From positions 9,370,772 through 9,434,771 of the forward strand of contig CM119265.1 of the NCBI GenBank assembly GCA_051294375.1: a stretch of DNA of 64,000 nucleotides, read 5' to 3'. Positions within the stretch are counted from its first letter, which is position 1. Each line of letters opens with the position of its first letter. The notes below the pieces were generated by a model. That model saw only the letters and a list, made by a program, of their open reading frames with translations, did no database searches and was not told the DNA's origin. This document shows, in pieces, positions 12,660 to 25,475 of this stretch. The stretch is from Paraspadella gotoi (lineage: Eukaryota; Animalia; Chaetognatha). The translations under genes were made by a program, and so were the position numbers.

Positions 12660-15600
12660 ATGAAGACTCCCACGAAACCGGTGGCGTTGCCCGAACGACG
12701 CCGCCGGCTGAGTAGCCGTTCTGAGGCGCCTCAATCCGCCGTCGTCGTGACGCCGCGCCTGGAAGACGCCGAGACGCTTTTTCAGAAGTTGACCATCGCC
12801 GAGATTCAGGAGAAGCGGAAGGAGTTTTACGGAGGAATCGAGACGAAGCGGCAGGAGTTGAGGCTCTTGGTGGGGAAGAGGTGAGGATCTGGAAATTGCT
12901 CTTCTCGCCTTATGTTCAAATTTCAGGGCGAATAAGAAACTCATTTCAGAATTTGTTAAAATTGCATATGTAAAAATACATACCAGAAAAAACCCAAAAT
13001 TCTATCGCGTTTTAATTTTACTTTTAGATATGCTGGCCTCATCGAAGTCGCCGACGGCATCACGGAGATGAAATCCTGCGCCGAGAGCGTCACGTCTTCC
13101 GTTTCCGGTCTTCAACAGATTTGTCAACAATTAAAAAAGCAACAGAAGAGCGGCGCCGTTATTTCGCCAGCGGGCGACGCCTTGCCCGACAGGTAGAAAC
13201 GAGACTTGGAAATATCTGACGAAATCGCGTTCCTTTTCGTTTTACTTATCATTTATTTTTTTGACAGCCAGCGCGAGTTTTATTCAATCACGTCGCAGAT
13301 CAAGCTGCTCGTCACGGTGGCGCCCAAGATGTTCGCTCGTTTAGACGAGAAATCCTATTCGGACGCCGCCGTTCTCTTTTTGCTCGCCAAGCATTTGCAT
13401 CAGGGGCTGAGGCTGGACACTACTGCACACAACGCCACTGCGGTTTTGCCGTTTTTTCCCGGTGAGTATTGAGTACCGATTAGAATCCATTGTAATCTCG
13501 CTTCAATTGATGAATATGATTTCCTTAGTCATTTCCCGTCACTGGCCGGCCATCGCCCGATTTCGTCAGCTGATCGTGGCTTCGTCGCGGACTCAACTTT
13601 CGTCTCCGACGCTGACCGCCGATGCGGCCGTGGACGCCCTGTTGGCGCTTGTGGCTTTGGAGGGCGTTACAGTCCGTCAGGTCTTTGCCGACTTTCTCTT
13701 GGCCCGGACCGAAGCTCTGAATCAGGCAAGCCTAAGACAGCATCTTTCAATTCATGTCATATCCTAAATGTTGAATTGTTTCTTAGGTTTTAGGTTCATC
13801 TTCGGCGACTTTGAGCGTCAAGGATCAACTTCTCCAGGGAATTTCCATCCTCATTCTCTCGTTGAAGCTAGTCTTTGAAATATTCACTTCGCGCGAAAAT
13901 CAAGGTTCGAAATATTAAACTTCTCATTTTATGAATTTTGTTGCCAAGGAAGCGAGCTAAAAACTTAGTAACATTTCGGTCCGCCCCCCTCCATTCCCAA
14001 GAGCCTCGCGAAAACTCGCTCATTTCCCGCCTCGCCCTTCTGTCGTCGTCCACTTCCGCCGTCCTTCGCGCCGACGTCGTTTCCTGTTGCGGCTCCGTCG
14101 TCGCCTCCCATCTTCCCTCGTCGGCGCTGGAATTCAAACCGGCTCTTCGCGGCCAATCGACGCCGATGCCGGAGGAACAGATGCAGGACAGATGTAAAAA
14201 ATGGTTCGAGGTGAGGAAAAATACAATAGGCTATAATACTATGCCAAAGCCGGGTTGCCTGTGATCCCCATTGGGATGGGGCGTCTCACTGTTGGCTTTG
14301 GTGACTTTCAACCCTCAGTGACGCCACCTGTCACTGGCGCAGTTACCCAAGTCTAGGGCCTAGGACGGTCAACGCAGAGGGATTGGCTGAATGAAGCAGT
14401 ATGTAAGGCGGTGTGAATATACCGCCACAATACAATCAAATTAAAAAATGAACCCATTTTATTTTTCGCTGTACAAACGACAGTTCTCACTCTCAACCCT
14501 CCGATCGTCGCTCTCAACCCAATTGGCTTTTGTCTCTTCCGTTATGGGCCTTGCTCACATCCGGGATGTCGCCTTCGACGCTCTGACAGACTCGGATGTC
14601 GTCGGCGACTGGGACCGTGCATCCGAGGAGCTGCTTGGGCGTCGAGTCTGCGTCTGGCGGGAGGCGGTGCGACCACTGGTGGTGGTCAGGTTGGAGGAGT
14701 TGGTGCGAGATGGGATGAGGAATGTGGTTAAGGGGCTAGTGGATGGAATGAAAGTTGCCGGAGGTATGTGAGGATATTGTTTAAGAAATATTTATTATTC
14801 AGTTTTCTTAAACTTACTATTTTCCGTTTTAAAACGACCTACTAGCCACGCCATCTGACGACATTATCTCCTTCATGTGGAGCGAGTCATCAACCGACAT
14901 CCCACGCATCAATTTCGGCGACGGACAAAAGAAAGACGCTGGGGACGACGATGACGACGAATCTCAGCTAACGATGAAGACTAAAGGACGGACGTCCAAA
15001 GTGCAGCAGTTATGCCAGAAGGCGGACGCAGCGTTGAAGGAAGTGCTGCTCGACGCACAACACTTCGCCATCGTGAAGGCCAAAGGTCTTTTAATGAAGT
15101 TTTTGTTTTGTAATGTTTTGTTAAAATACTTTTCAACTCTGGTTTAGACGATGGAGCCACTTTCGACGTCGAAGAGGATGTCTCTCAAGCCTCTATCTTA
15201 ATTACTCGCTGCTGTCATGAAGTTTTTCAGGATCTCTTCTCCTTTCTGGACGAAGAATTGGCGCCTCCCGCACATTCCTCCTCTCGGCCTCATCCTCGTG
15301 CCGCTCGCCTCGTCTTCTTCGGCCGCATCTGCGAGGCTCTCTCCGATCAAGCGCCACACCTTTTTGCAGCTTTAGTGCCATCTGCAGCTTTGGTTGTCGA
15401 CTTACCCCAGCCATCCGTCGCCGATTCATCGCTTAAATCCTCCCTCCGTCGCTCTCTCCATTTCACCATGCGTTCTTCTTCGACGCTCTCTCGATCCAAT
15501 TCGATCGGGCCGGGCGCCCATCATCATAGCGACCAAACCCTCTTCGCCGACGTCAAGGAGGATCTGCTCAAGCGGTTCTGGCTGGCGTGGGAGGCGTGGC

Positions 15601-16763
15601 GGCGCGAGGTCGTCGACGCTTCATTGGAAGAGGCACGAGGGACGACGACGAACGCATCGATGACGAGCGTATTGACTTCGTTGAGGCTTACGGCGTGGGA
15701 TGTGGTGGAGATCAAGGATGAGGAAGGAGAGAGCGAAGCCGAGGAATTTCGAGCCTTTCGCGGCGGCGACGACGAAGAGGACATCGACGAAACGCCAGTC
15801 TCTTCTACTTCTTCTTTGCGGGTACCCTCCCAATCTTCTCCAGGCCTTCACCGTCTTCTTCATCGACTTTGTCTGCGACTTAACGAGTTTGGCGGATATG
15901 TCGTGCCAAAGTCCGTCGTCAACTCTTTGGTCGAGGACTTCTTGGTGGGGGTGGTTGATGTGTTTAAAAAACTGACTACGCCGCGCTCAGAAGGTGCAGA
16001 GGATGAAGAAGATAACTTTGTTCCGATGAATCAAAATCTGGCTACCCAACTCGTCTTTGATTTGAGATATTTGCAGGTAAAAAAAAGATGTGCTCATAAC
16101 TGTTAAAGTTCACATAAGGAAATGGCTTAACTATTAATAACTAACCCATATTTAAATTTTTTTTTCCAGCAACTCCTCACCCACCGCGGCACAACCGATT
16201 CCACCCGCCGCCGCGTCGACGTCTTCGTCTCAGACTTAGAATCCTCCTTCATCGACCCCTTCGATTTAGATCTGCTTTCGTCCCATCTTGCCGCGCGCAT
16301 TAGTCGCCACGTGGAAAGGACCGCTGGCCTATACGGACTCTTGACGACCGCCGGGGCCCGAGGCGGCGGTTCACGTGGCGCGGGTTCAACTGTGATGTCG
16401 CACGAGCGCGCTATGGCTTTGCTTCTCTGCGGCGGATCGGCCTCCATCGGCGCCAGGTTTCAAACGATCCCCATGGCGGCTTCTGGAGGCGTCAAAGAAT
16501 CGGGACGCCGCGGGGCGTCGTCTCTGTCGCCGTCGTCCAGTCGCGGCCGAAAATCGATCGATGCTCGCGGAAAGGAAACGTCGCCGTCTTCTTTCGCCTC
16601 TTCCATTCCCAAGGCGAGCACCTGGTCGGCGGGGTTATCCAAGCTCGCGGCAAGGGAAGGATCTAACTCTCCCTCTGACTTTTTCAAATCTGGTGCGGCG
16701 TTGTACGCCAGCTGGTTTGGTAGTGCCGGAGGTGCTGTCGTCGCTGGTGGCCAAGATAGTTGA
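12660..16763 (+). CDS. COG1: Conserved oligomeric Golgi complex subunit 1, multi-exon
   Basis: LFQKLTIAEIQ...IETKRQELRLLVGKRYAGLIEVADGITEMK (Vps51-like N-terminus), QIKLLV, LRVPSQSS, QLVFDLRYL, IDPFDLDL, RTAGLYGLL. Confidence 0.88.
14240..14429 (-). mobile_element. Solo LTR of the TRIM family, internally deleted
   Basis: Homologous to 54110-54363; TSD ATAC at 14236-14239 and 14430-14433; in a COG1 intron. Confidence 0.88.
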
Positions 16764-17200
16764 CTGGTGCCTTTTTGTTATAATCAAATTATTATACAAG
16801 TCTAGTCTTGATTTATCTTAATGTTATTTTAAGAATAAAAATAATACTGTTATTGTATAGGAGACTACTGGGCCTACTGATTCTTTATTGATTTATCGTT
16901 TTGTGATAAATTATTAGCTGTGACACCTAATTGTATGTAATCAAACGTAGTCCTGTAAAAGAACGCTTCTCCTCATAATGAGAGTTGAAAAAACCGAAAT
17001 TATTTACATATATTACTTACAATATTAAGATAATTTAGCGATTTAAATGTGAGTTTACATTGTGCTGTTTAACATAGTGCCAGATACCAGCTAGCTAAAA
17101 TTTATTTTGGTTTACAAATAGGAATAGGTAAATACAACAGAGGCATTTAAGTGACGAGGCTTTTTTGCTTGCCACTTGAGTTAATTGCGTTCAAAAAAGC

Positions 17201-20200
17201 TTAAGATCTCATGCGACTCGACGCCGCTCCATCAAAGCTAGCTTGATCTCTGACCAACTCGTCGTAGGCTCCTTTGATCCTTAAGTTGTTGGGGTCAAAA
17301 GGAGATTTAGAGTGAAATGTCGCGGGAAATTGCTTGCCCTTGATCTCGACGCAGTATTCGCCTTCTTTAAGCCACGCCGGCGTTACGAGTTCGCCGTCTG
17401 GTCGCCGAACGTAACCGTAGCCGACGCTCCGGTCCAAGTAATGGGCATATTCCGCCCTGAAAAGAAGGGAAGCGTTTTCAAAAAAGGTATATTAGGCATT
17501 TTGATCTTAATTTAGAAATTCATAATTAAAACTTTAGAATTACGGAGATCCAATTTTGAAACAACTTTTATCAAGCGGATAGTACTAAATATGGAACGTT
17601 AAAAATTAGGGTAATGCGGGATTATTCGGAACACTGACACATAAAATTATATAAAAAAAATTTGTACTAAAATTTTATAATTTTTAACCGGATCGGCTCA
17701 GAGCAGATTTCGGCTCTATAATTCACTTTGTCGGTCTGTCGGTCGCCACCCATTATCTTGTCGGTAAGTCATTTATATTATCTCAGAACATCGAATTATA
17801 GAAAATTATGTAAAAAAAAATGTCCGTCCGTCCCCCCCTTAGCTTTGAACGCCAATTACTCTTAATAGGATGGGGCAATTGACTTCAAATTGTGTATGTG
17901 GGATTTTTGTGGGTAGGAAAGTGTGTGAATGAGCAGGAAATCAAGTTTCGATAGAATCGTCCAGGTGGAAATGAGTTTAAAAAAAAAAAAAGCATAAGGA
18001 TCGTCGCAATCGCATAAGAAAAATCTAGATTGACGACAAATTTTGATATTAAAAAAATCTAATTTTAAAAAAGAAAATTAATTTATAAACAGAAATAAAA
18101 AGAAGAAAAGAATAAATAGAAAGAAAGAATAGAAAGGAAATAAAGAATAGAAAAGAAAGAATGGAAAGAAAGAATAGAAAGGAAAGAAAGAAAAATAAAG
18201 AAAGTGACGAGAAGAAAGAACGAAATAAAAACCCGATGTTGCGATATCAAAATGATAACATGCATGAATGCGATGCCTAATTTTACGAGTAAATCAGCGG
18301 ACGAATCAGCAGAAGCAACAGGAGAAAAGAAAGAAAGCCCCTGCAAAGCCCAAGGAATCAGCTACTGAGGAAAAGAGAAAGAGAGAGCTACATATAATTA
18401 AAAGAGAAAAGAGAGAGAGGAGACATAAAATAAAAATAGAGGAAATTTGTTTTTGATAAAACGTAAACAAAACATTTAATAACTGTCCTCACCCAATTTC
18501 AAGGACCTCGATGATGAGAAGCTGTATATAAATTTTCAGCTTCATACACCCAAATTTAATCATCAAAAAGGCGATCGATAAGTTGGAACGCCGACGACGA
18601 CAACAACGACGACGACCCCACTTATGTGCAAAAGCGTCATTATTTAATTATGCTTTTCTTTATATTAAATGTAAATTCAAGCTGTATTAATTAATTATTA
18701 ATAAATTAGTAATTAATTAATAATTATTTTGTAATTAATTTATTTATTAATTTTGTGATAGTCTCGCCTTTCAATCACAAAACAATCTCAAAGTGGAAAA
18801 CGATTTTGACGCGAATAAAAAAACTTAATCTGATCAGCTGCTTACCGCTAATGATTGTGGGCAGATCCGGCATAGTTTGCTCAAACTTGTTTTTAGTGCA
18901 TTAAATATTTCACCAACTTGACTTTCCATTATAAAACTTAAAGCTACAGTATTCTGCTGCAGCTGCAGCAGTAATTTCAAAACTGCTAGTCAATTTTCGT
19001 TTTTGAGTAGTCATTTTCAAGCCTCTGTCATCTTTGACTTATTATGACTAAATTGACTATGGAATGTTAATATGAAATTGGTACAACCAATATATAGACG
19101 AATATATAGACGAAACTTATAATTTTGAATTATTGTATTATTTTTTACATTGCTAGATTTAAAACGGAACACCTGTTATGTAAGTCTTCTCTGCTACCTC
19201 AAATGCTTTTTACAACCTGTTAGTGATAATTTACTAAGTAAAAATTACAGTGAGCAACATTTGTTAAATAATTAGGCAAAAAAAAAATTTGCTATTCATA
19301 TTACAGTAAAAAAAATATTTTTGGCAATAAAAAATGTACAAAAGTTTAGAATGGAATTTAACGTCTAAATAAGGTGAAAAAATTAGTTTGAGACAAAATT
19401 AAGATGAAATTAACATAAAAATAATATGAATAAAAATATTTGGAAAAGGAAATAAAATTTAAAAGGGTTAAATAAAAATGATAAAGAAAAAGAAAAAAAA
19501 TAACATTGGAAATTAAAAAAATGGGCCGAAAACCAATATTATTATTAATCGTAAAGGAAGATGGGGACGAAATGCAGGAATGGAAGGAAATAGAAAATTG
19601 TGTCAAAAATTCTATAAATTAAAAAAAAATATACAAATTTTGTATCTATTGTAATTGAATAATTTTTTTTAAATGGAGAAAATGGTATTAAAAATCATTT
19701 TAAAATCATTTTCAACCAGTAGCGGGGACACTTTCCTAGATATATCGCCATAATTTTTTTTTTTTCAAAATATATTTGCTACCCGAAAAATTTGATTACT
19801 CACAAAAGTGTTCCGAATTACCCCGCACTAACCTATATTACTTGAATAGTAGGACATAATAGTTTTAACAATTACAAAAACTTGCCTTCTCAGATATCCA
19901 ACAACTTGACCATCTCGCCAGATAGCTTCGTTGCCAAGGACGTGAACGTGATCGTCAATTGTGAAGCAAGCTAGTCTTTTGTTGACCCCAGTTTCCTTTT
20001 GTCGCTCTACCGCCTCCCGGCCCAAGAAGGGTTTCTCTGTCTTTAGTTTACAAGTGAACAAAAGGCCAGCCTCTTGGGGAGTGTCATCCGGCCGAACGTC
20101 CGCGTGCCAATGCCGGTATCCTGTGGGTCGAATGACATTTAAAAAGTTTAATGTAAAAATTTAAAAAATAAGCAAAAACAACAGTTGACCAAGTCAGTAA

Positions 20201-23200
20201 ATGTAACTCCAATTATGATTAGTCTCTTTATCTCTCTCTCTCTCTCTCTATGTGACCTCATTGTTTTTTTCACCTTTCTCCACCGACAGAGAATCGATCG
20301 CCCTGTATCCGGCATTAACGAGACCAAAATCGGCGCCGGCGCTCATGATCTTCTGATAGACGTCGACCATCGACTCGAAGGGGAGGTGGAGTTCCCAGCC
20401 CAGTTCACCGACGAAGGTGAGGCGGAGTGCGCGGACCTCGTGACCGCCCACCTTTTGAAAAAGATGTTGAGGGTGGGGATTAAATCTGGTTTAACTCATT
20501 TTGATTTAACTCACGTTGATCATTTTCGAAGTAGAGAAGGGAAAGGCGTCGTCGCTGAGGTCTTCGTCCGTCAGTCGTTGAAGAATCCCTCGGCTGTTGG
20601 GGCCCTGCAGACTCAAGAGTCCCATGCTGTCGGTCGAATCGACGATCGACACGTTAAAACGTTTGTCCTCTATGACCTAAATAATGATAAAAATATAGAT
20701 AAAGAACATTGGCATTATGGCTGCCAATCACCCCGCTCTGCTAAACCTTTTTCATGTGTTCCAGGCCCTGTTGGGCCGCCCCTCCCCCTACGGCCACATA
20801 GAATCCTCTGTCTCCGTCGAACATCGGGTCGTGAGGTCGACCCTTGCCCGGCGCCACAACCGTCACGGTCAAGTCGCCCTCGACGCCGCCGCGAGAGTTA
20901 AGCATGCACGTGTAGACGACGGATCCGGGCGGTTTGTCCACGTCAGCGCTGAAGATCCAGTTGGCCGCCTGAACGGCGTCCGGACCTATTAATTTCCATT
21001 TGGTTTTCAAATCCAATGAATCCGTCGCGTTTTTTCCTCAAAATTTAACGAACTTACCCGTGAGGAAGTACTGGCCAAAGTAAGACATGTCGAACAAGGC
21101 GGCGGCTTCGCGACAACCGCGGCACTCGTCGGCGATCAATTCGTGATTTTCGGGAAATTCGTAAGTGTAGTCTTTCTTTAACAACTCGCGATAGAGATAA
21201 TCTTCGTGGACGTCGTTTCCGTAGGCGCCGTAAAAATCGTAAGGTCTGAGTTGAGCGACGCCGTTGGGGTTAAACCAGCCCGGCCGTTCCCAGCCCAGTT
21301 TCTCTTCGAATACGCAGCCCGCCGCTTCGAGTAGAGGGTGTAGAGGATCGAGTCGTTGGTTTCGGGCGGCTGTAACGAGGGCGCTAGTGTGATGACTATT
21401 ATAACGACAACAACAACAAATCCTTAAACTCACCCAATGCTTGATCGTGAGGAAAGACCATGGCGTAGTTTTTGGCGTAGGATTCGTGGCTTCTTTCGTT
21501 GACCCAAGATGCGTTACCTGCGAGACGCGGGTAGTAGCGTCGAATGTCGTAGCCATACATGTCGAGGGAAGGGCGACCGTGGACGATCCACTCGGCTAAC
21601 TGCCAGCCGCAACCGCCTCCAAACATCATACCTGTTTTTTGAAAATGGGCAGGTTATTTTTTCTTACTGTTATATTTTGGTTTTTTTTTTTTTTTTTTCC
21701 ATAATACGAATCTTGCTTGCTTTCTCTTTTACCTCCGCTGTTGAAACCGCAGCAGTGATAAAAGCCTCTCGCTTCGTGAGCTTCTCCGAGAAGCGGTTTG
21801 TGATCGGGCGTGAACGACTCTGGACCACATACTGTGGACTTTATTCCCGTTGTCTCCACCACCGGAATTCTGCAGGGGGAGGGGTGAGTGATGGTAACCC
21901 CAGTGTCAAAATTTATTCGCCATCATGCGTTGTTAACCTGTTTATCGCGCCCTCTATGTGCACGGAAAATACGTCCCAGTCCAACTCAAAGAGCCCGAAG
22001 GCAAAGTCTTTTTGAACCTTTTCCCAAAATATAGGGTTGTTTTCGTAGCCGCCGATACTGAGCCCGTCGCCCTGAAGCTTCAAGTAGACGGAGGCGTCGT
22101 GATCGCGAGTGTTGGGCATGTTTTGAATTCCTTTTCCAAGTAAAGGCGCAAAGGGTTTGTTTTTTGTTTTCTTTTTCACTTTGATTGACTCTCATCTATG
22201 TATATCTTTGTATACCTTCTATTCGCTCGGTAACAATGTACGAATGATGCATGGCGACAAGAGGGACTTCTACTCCCGCCATGGCGCCAATGTAAGGCGC
22301 CCACACGCCTGTCGCGTTGACCACGCAGTCGGTTTTAATGCGACCCGCGCTAGTCTCCACAAATTTCACGCGGTTGACGCCAAAGTCGTCCTTTTCCGTT
22401 CCGATTCCCGTCACGGAACATTTTTCGATGATTTTCGCTCCGAGCATGCGCGCCCCTCTCGTAAGAGCCGTACAGGCACCTGTTAAAATATTTTTTAAAT
22501 GTAAATGCAGAGGACAGTTTTAATTTTGATCAACAAAAATAGGCATGGTTTATTTTTTGCTCTATCTAAACCCAGATATATGAATAAAAGTACGGATTTA
22601 AATTTTTCGTATTGACAAAGAACAATTGCGTCTTTCGAACCTGCCGGATCGATGCTACCATCTCCGGGACTGTATAAAGTGCCGTAGACATCGTCTACGT
22701 TCATCAAAGGGTAAAGTTTTTTCGTTTCTTCGGAACCAAGTACGAAAGATTCCACGCCGAAGTGTCGCCCGAGAGTCTGGAGGCGTTTGTATTCGTCGAG
22801 ACGTTCCTTGGTTGAGGCAATAAACAACCCTCCGTTTTCTATCCACCCTGTACGTAAATAGATCAAAAATCATTCGAGTAAAGAGCGGAGCATCTCTATA
22901 AGTCACTTTTCGGTCGGTCGGTCTGTCCCACTTGCATAAAAAAATTATATAATTTGCCTATAGTTGTATATTTGTTAAGACAGGAAAAAACTTCAATCTA
23001 AGTGATTGCGAGCGCCGCCTTCAGGAAATGCACAGGCTAAGAAAGTTATTGTCATGTCATAAAAAATACACGTGATAAGGCAGTCACTGCGGGGCAACAC
23101 ATTAGAATTACCGTTCTTGTTTTTTAAGAGTGGTTTACCTGCATGAACCGAGGTCTCCTCTTCCAAACTCTTGTACAAGTTTCTCGAGTGGCCGAGCAAT

Positions 23201-23622
23201 TGAACGTCGGTATCAGAAGGTCGCAAACGCCAGAGCATTCCCGCCGTGTGCCAAGTCGTTCCCGCCGTCAAGTTGTCCTTCTCCAGAAGCACAACGTTGG
23301 TCAAGCCAAGTTTGGTTAGGTGATAAAGAGTGCTGCATCCTATATGAGCCAAAGGACGTTAGTATCGCGTTCTCTGTCAGGACCACAATAGAAATTTACC
23401 GGCTATCCCTCCGCCTATTACAACGACCTCGGCTTGGCTGGGAACCTCAGTCGCGGCCGTCTGATTCGGATCCTGGAGCGTCTCATATGGAACGCCACAC
23501 CCGGCGACCGACGCGCATCCTCTTACCCGTTCCAGGGGATCGAGGTGGGGCTTAGTATTGTGTGATGAGGGTCGGCGAGAACACGTTTTTAGAAAAATTC
23601 TCAGCATTTTCGGAGACGCCAT
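17201..23622 (-). CDS. SARDH: Sarcosine dehydrogenase, mitochondrial, multi-exon
   Basis: [13 protein letters not shown] motif, [17 protein letters not shown] (covalent-FAD His context of SARDH type), [34 protein letters not shown], GcvT-like C-terminus; Arg/Ser-rich N-terminal presequence. Confidence 0.92.
17606..19835. mobile_element. Non-autonomous TIR DNA element filling most of the large SARDH intron
   Basis: TAGGGTAATGCGGGATTATTCGGAACACT versus the reverse complement of AGTGTTCCGAATTACCCCGCACTAACCTA (25/29 identical), TA-flanked. Confidence 0.6.
17686..18890 (+). mobile_element. Helentron-associated (HINE/DINE-1-like) element, nested
   Basis: T-rich flanks, subterminal inverted repeat CCGGATC/GATCCGG, GTCG/GTCC microsatellite, 3' hairpin AGTTTG-CT-CAAACT; 5' part recurs at 54478-54600. 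Confidence 0.5.
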
Positions 23623-23839
23623 TAGTTTTTCAATGGTTAAGTTGCGCGTTAAAATTTCATTGACGTGAGGCCTATTCACATTTCATCTGTTCGGTTTTAT
23701 TTCGTTCGTGAGTTAAAAATGGATCGAAAAAGATTTTCGTTTTGCCAGGGGAAACTAAATGTTCTACTGGTAAATCCTATTCGAATTTATATTTAGAACG
23801 ACTAATGTATAAAAGTGCAATAAGTTTATTCATGTCATA

Positions 23840-23982
23840 ATTAATGAATATATTTTGTCTTTAAACAAATTAGTTATTTTCAATTGAATAAAACTAACCA
23901 CGGAATGACTGAATTAATGAATATATTTTGTCTTTAAACAAATTAGTTATTTTCAATTGAATAAAACTAACCACGGAATGAC
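23840..23982. repeat. Tandem duplication of about 72 bp upstream of SARDH
   Basis: AATTAATGAATATATTTTGTC...CCACGGAATGAC occurs twice. Confidence 0.9.
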
Positions 23983-24504
23983 CGAACATAACCGGAGCAA
24001 ACCGGTTTGTTCCTGAAAAAATATCCGAGAAAGATATTGTCCGATATCTGGGAGTGAATAAACAAGACTGTATGAGATTCTTGATTGAAAGCTTGCAGGG
24101 ACCTGCTATGTCATTATCTTGTAAGAGTGATGGAGGCCTGAAACCACCAAAGCCTGTCCAAAGTCAGGGGCAAGATAGCTTGTTTATTAAATGAATGGAT
24201 AATTTTTATATTGGTTTACGAAAAGGATGTAGCATGTTTTTATTTTGCCAGACGGGATAAGGCCGCCTTGGGTGATTTTTTTTTTTTTTTAAAGAATGTA
24301 ACTATCATTAAATAAAAAAATTAATAATATAATATCTATAACTTTCATCATTTCATTAATCATTATATCAATAATTTATTTCGATTAAATCATTATTATA
24401 TTAATTTTATATTAGTATAAAATATAATTATCATTATAGTATTAAATCATTCTCTTCTGCTTCTTTATGCCGTTATTGTCGTCGTCATCGTCACGCTTTT
24501 TTTA

Positions 24505-24862
24505 CAATTGGAAATTGTAAAAGTGTGTAATCATAGGAAGTTAAAAATCTAGATATAACTTTTCAACATCAAGATCTTTTAAAATCACACGTTTCATATC
24601 GATTCAAGTATATTTTGGTTGAATTTCTTTTTCATTATGATTTACTGCAATATGCAAATTAGTATAGTACTATATTCTAATTTGCATATTGCAATAAATC
24701 ATAATGAAGAGGAAATTTATATAAAAAATATTTGAATCGATATGACAGATGTGATTTTAAAATATCTTGATGAGAAGCTATATCTAATTTTTTTTATATA
24801 TAAAAATATATATTTTTATAACTTCCAATTTTAAACAATTTCAACAATTTCTAATTGTAAAC
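24505..24862. repeat. Long imperfect palindrome (foldback) centred near 24668
   Basis: TATGATTTACTGCAATATGCAAATTAG / CTAATTTGCATATTGCAATAAATCATA, with symmetry extending about 170 bp each side. Confidence 0.75.
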
Positions 24863-25475
24863 AATTTTTTTTTGTTTTTTTTTTTCTTTAAAATATATAT
24901 CTCTCTCGGTCTCTCTTTTTCAGTCAAAAAACTTTTTATATATTAAATATAGTATTTTTAACCCACTTAATAAAATAATTTTTATAAATATAGCCTACTG
25001 CGAAAATTAAAAAACAAAATTTTTTTTTTTACAAATTAATGTTCACTGATGGTATGTTGTTCATAATTGACATTTAGAATTTTCGTACGTAACTTTCACT
25101 ACGCTCTATATTGTAAACAGTCTGAAAAAGTGTCATCAAAATTGGAATCACTTTTTCCTAATTGCATTTTGAGACTGATTTTGAAGTCTGCTATATTCAA
25201 CTGCCTGAACCAATTCAAATTTTTCTTGCACCCCTCGATAGCTCTTTAAAAGAGCTATACTTTTCAGTGTATATATATGCCAAAACCGAGGTTATGTCAT
25301 TATCCCTGATCTCATAGTAATCGGCTGCCCTAATGATGAAAAACTATAAAGCAATAATTGTAATTGTTCACATTTCGCAACATTAATTCATACAAATAAA
25401 AACTTTTCATACGTTCATGATTGGGATGCATATATGCATAAAAAAATTAAAGAAAATCGCCCTAAACTTTTTAAA

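Noticed and set aside
18083-18456. Phe/Ser-rich and Lys/Arg-rich ORFs suggesting a membrane or basic protein
   Set aside because: Produced by (GAAA)n low-complexity sequence in an intronic repeat; the same low-complexity artefact explains 19358-19606 and 36569-36943
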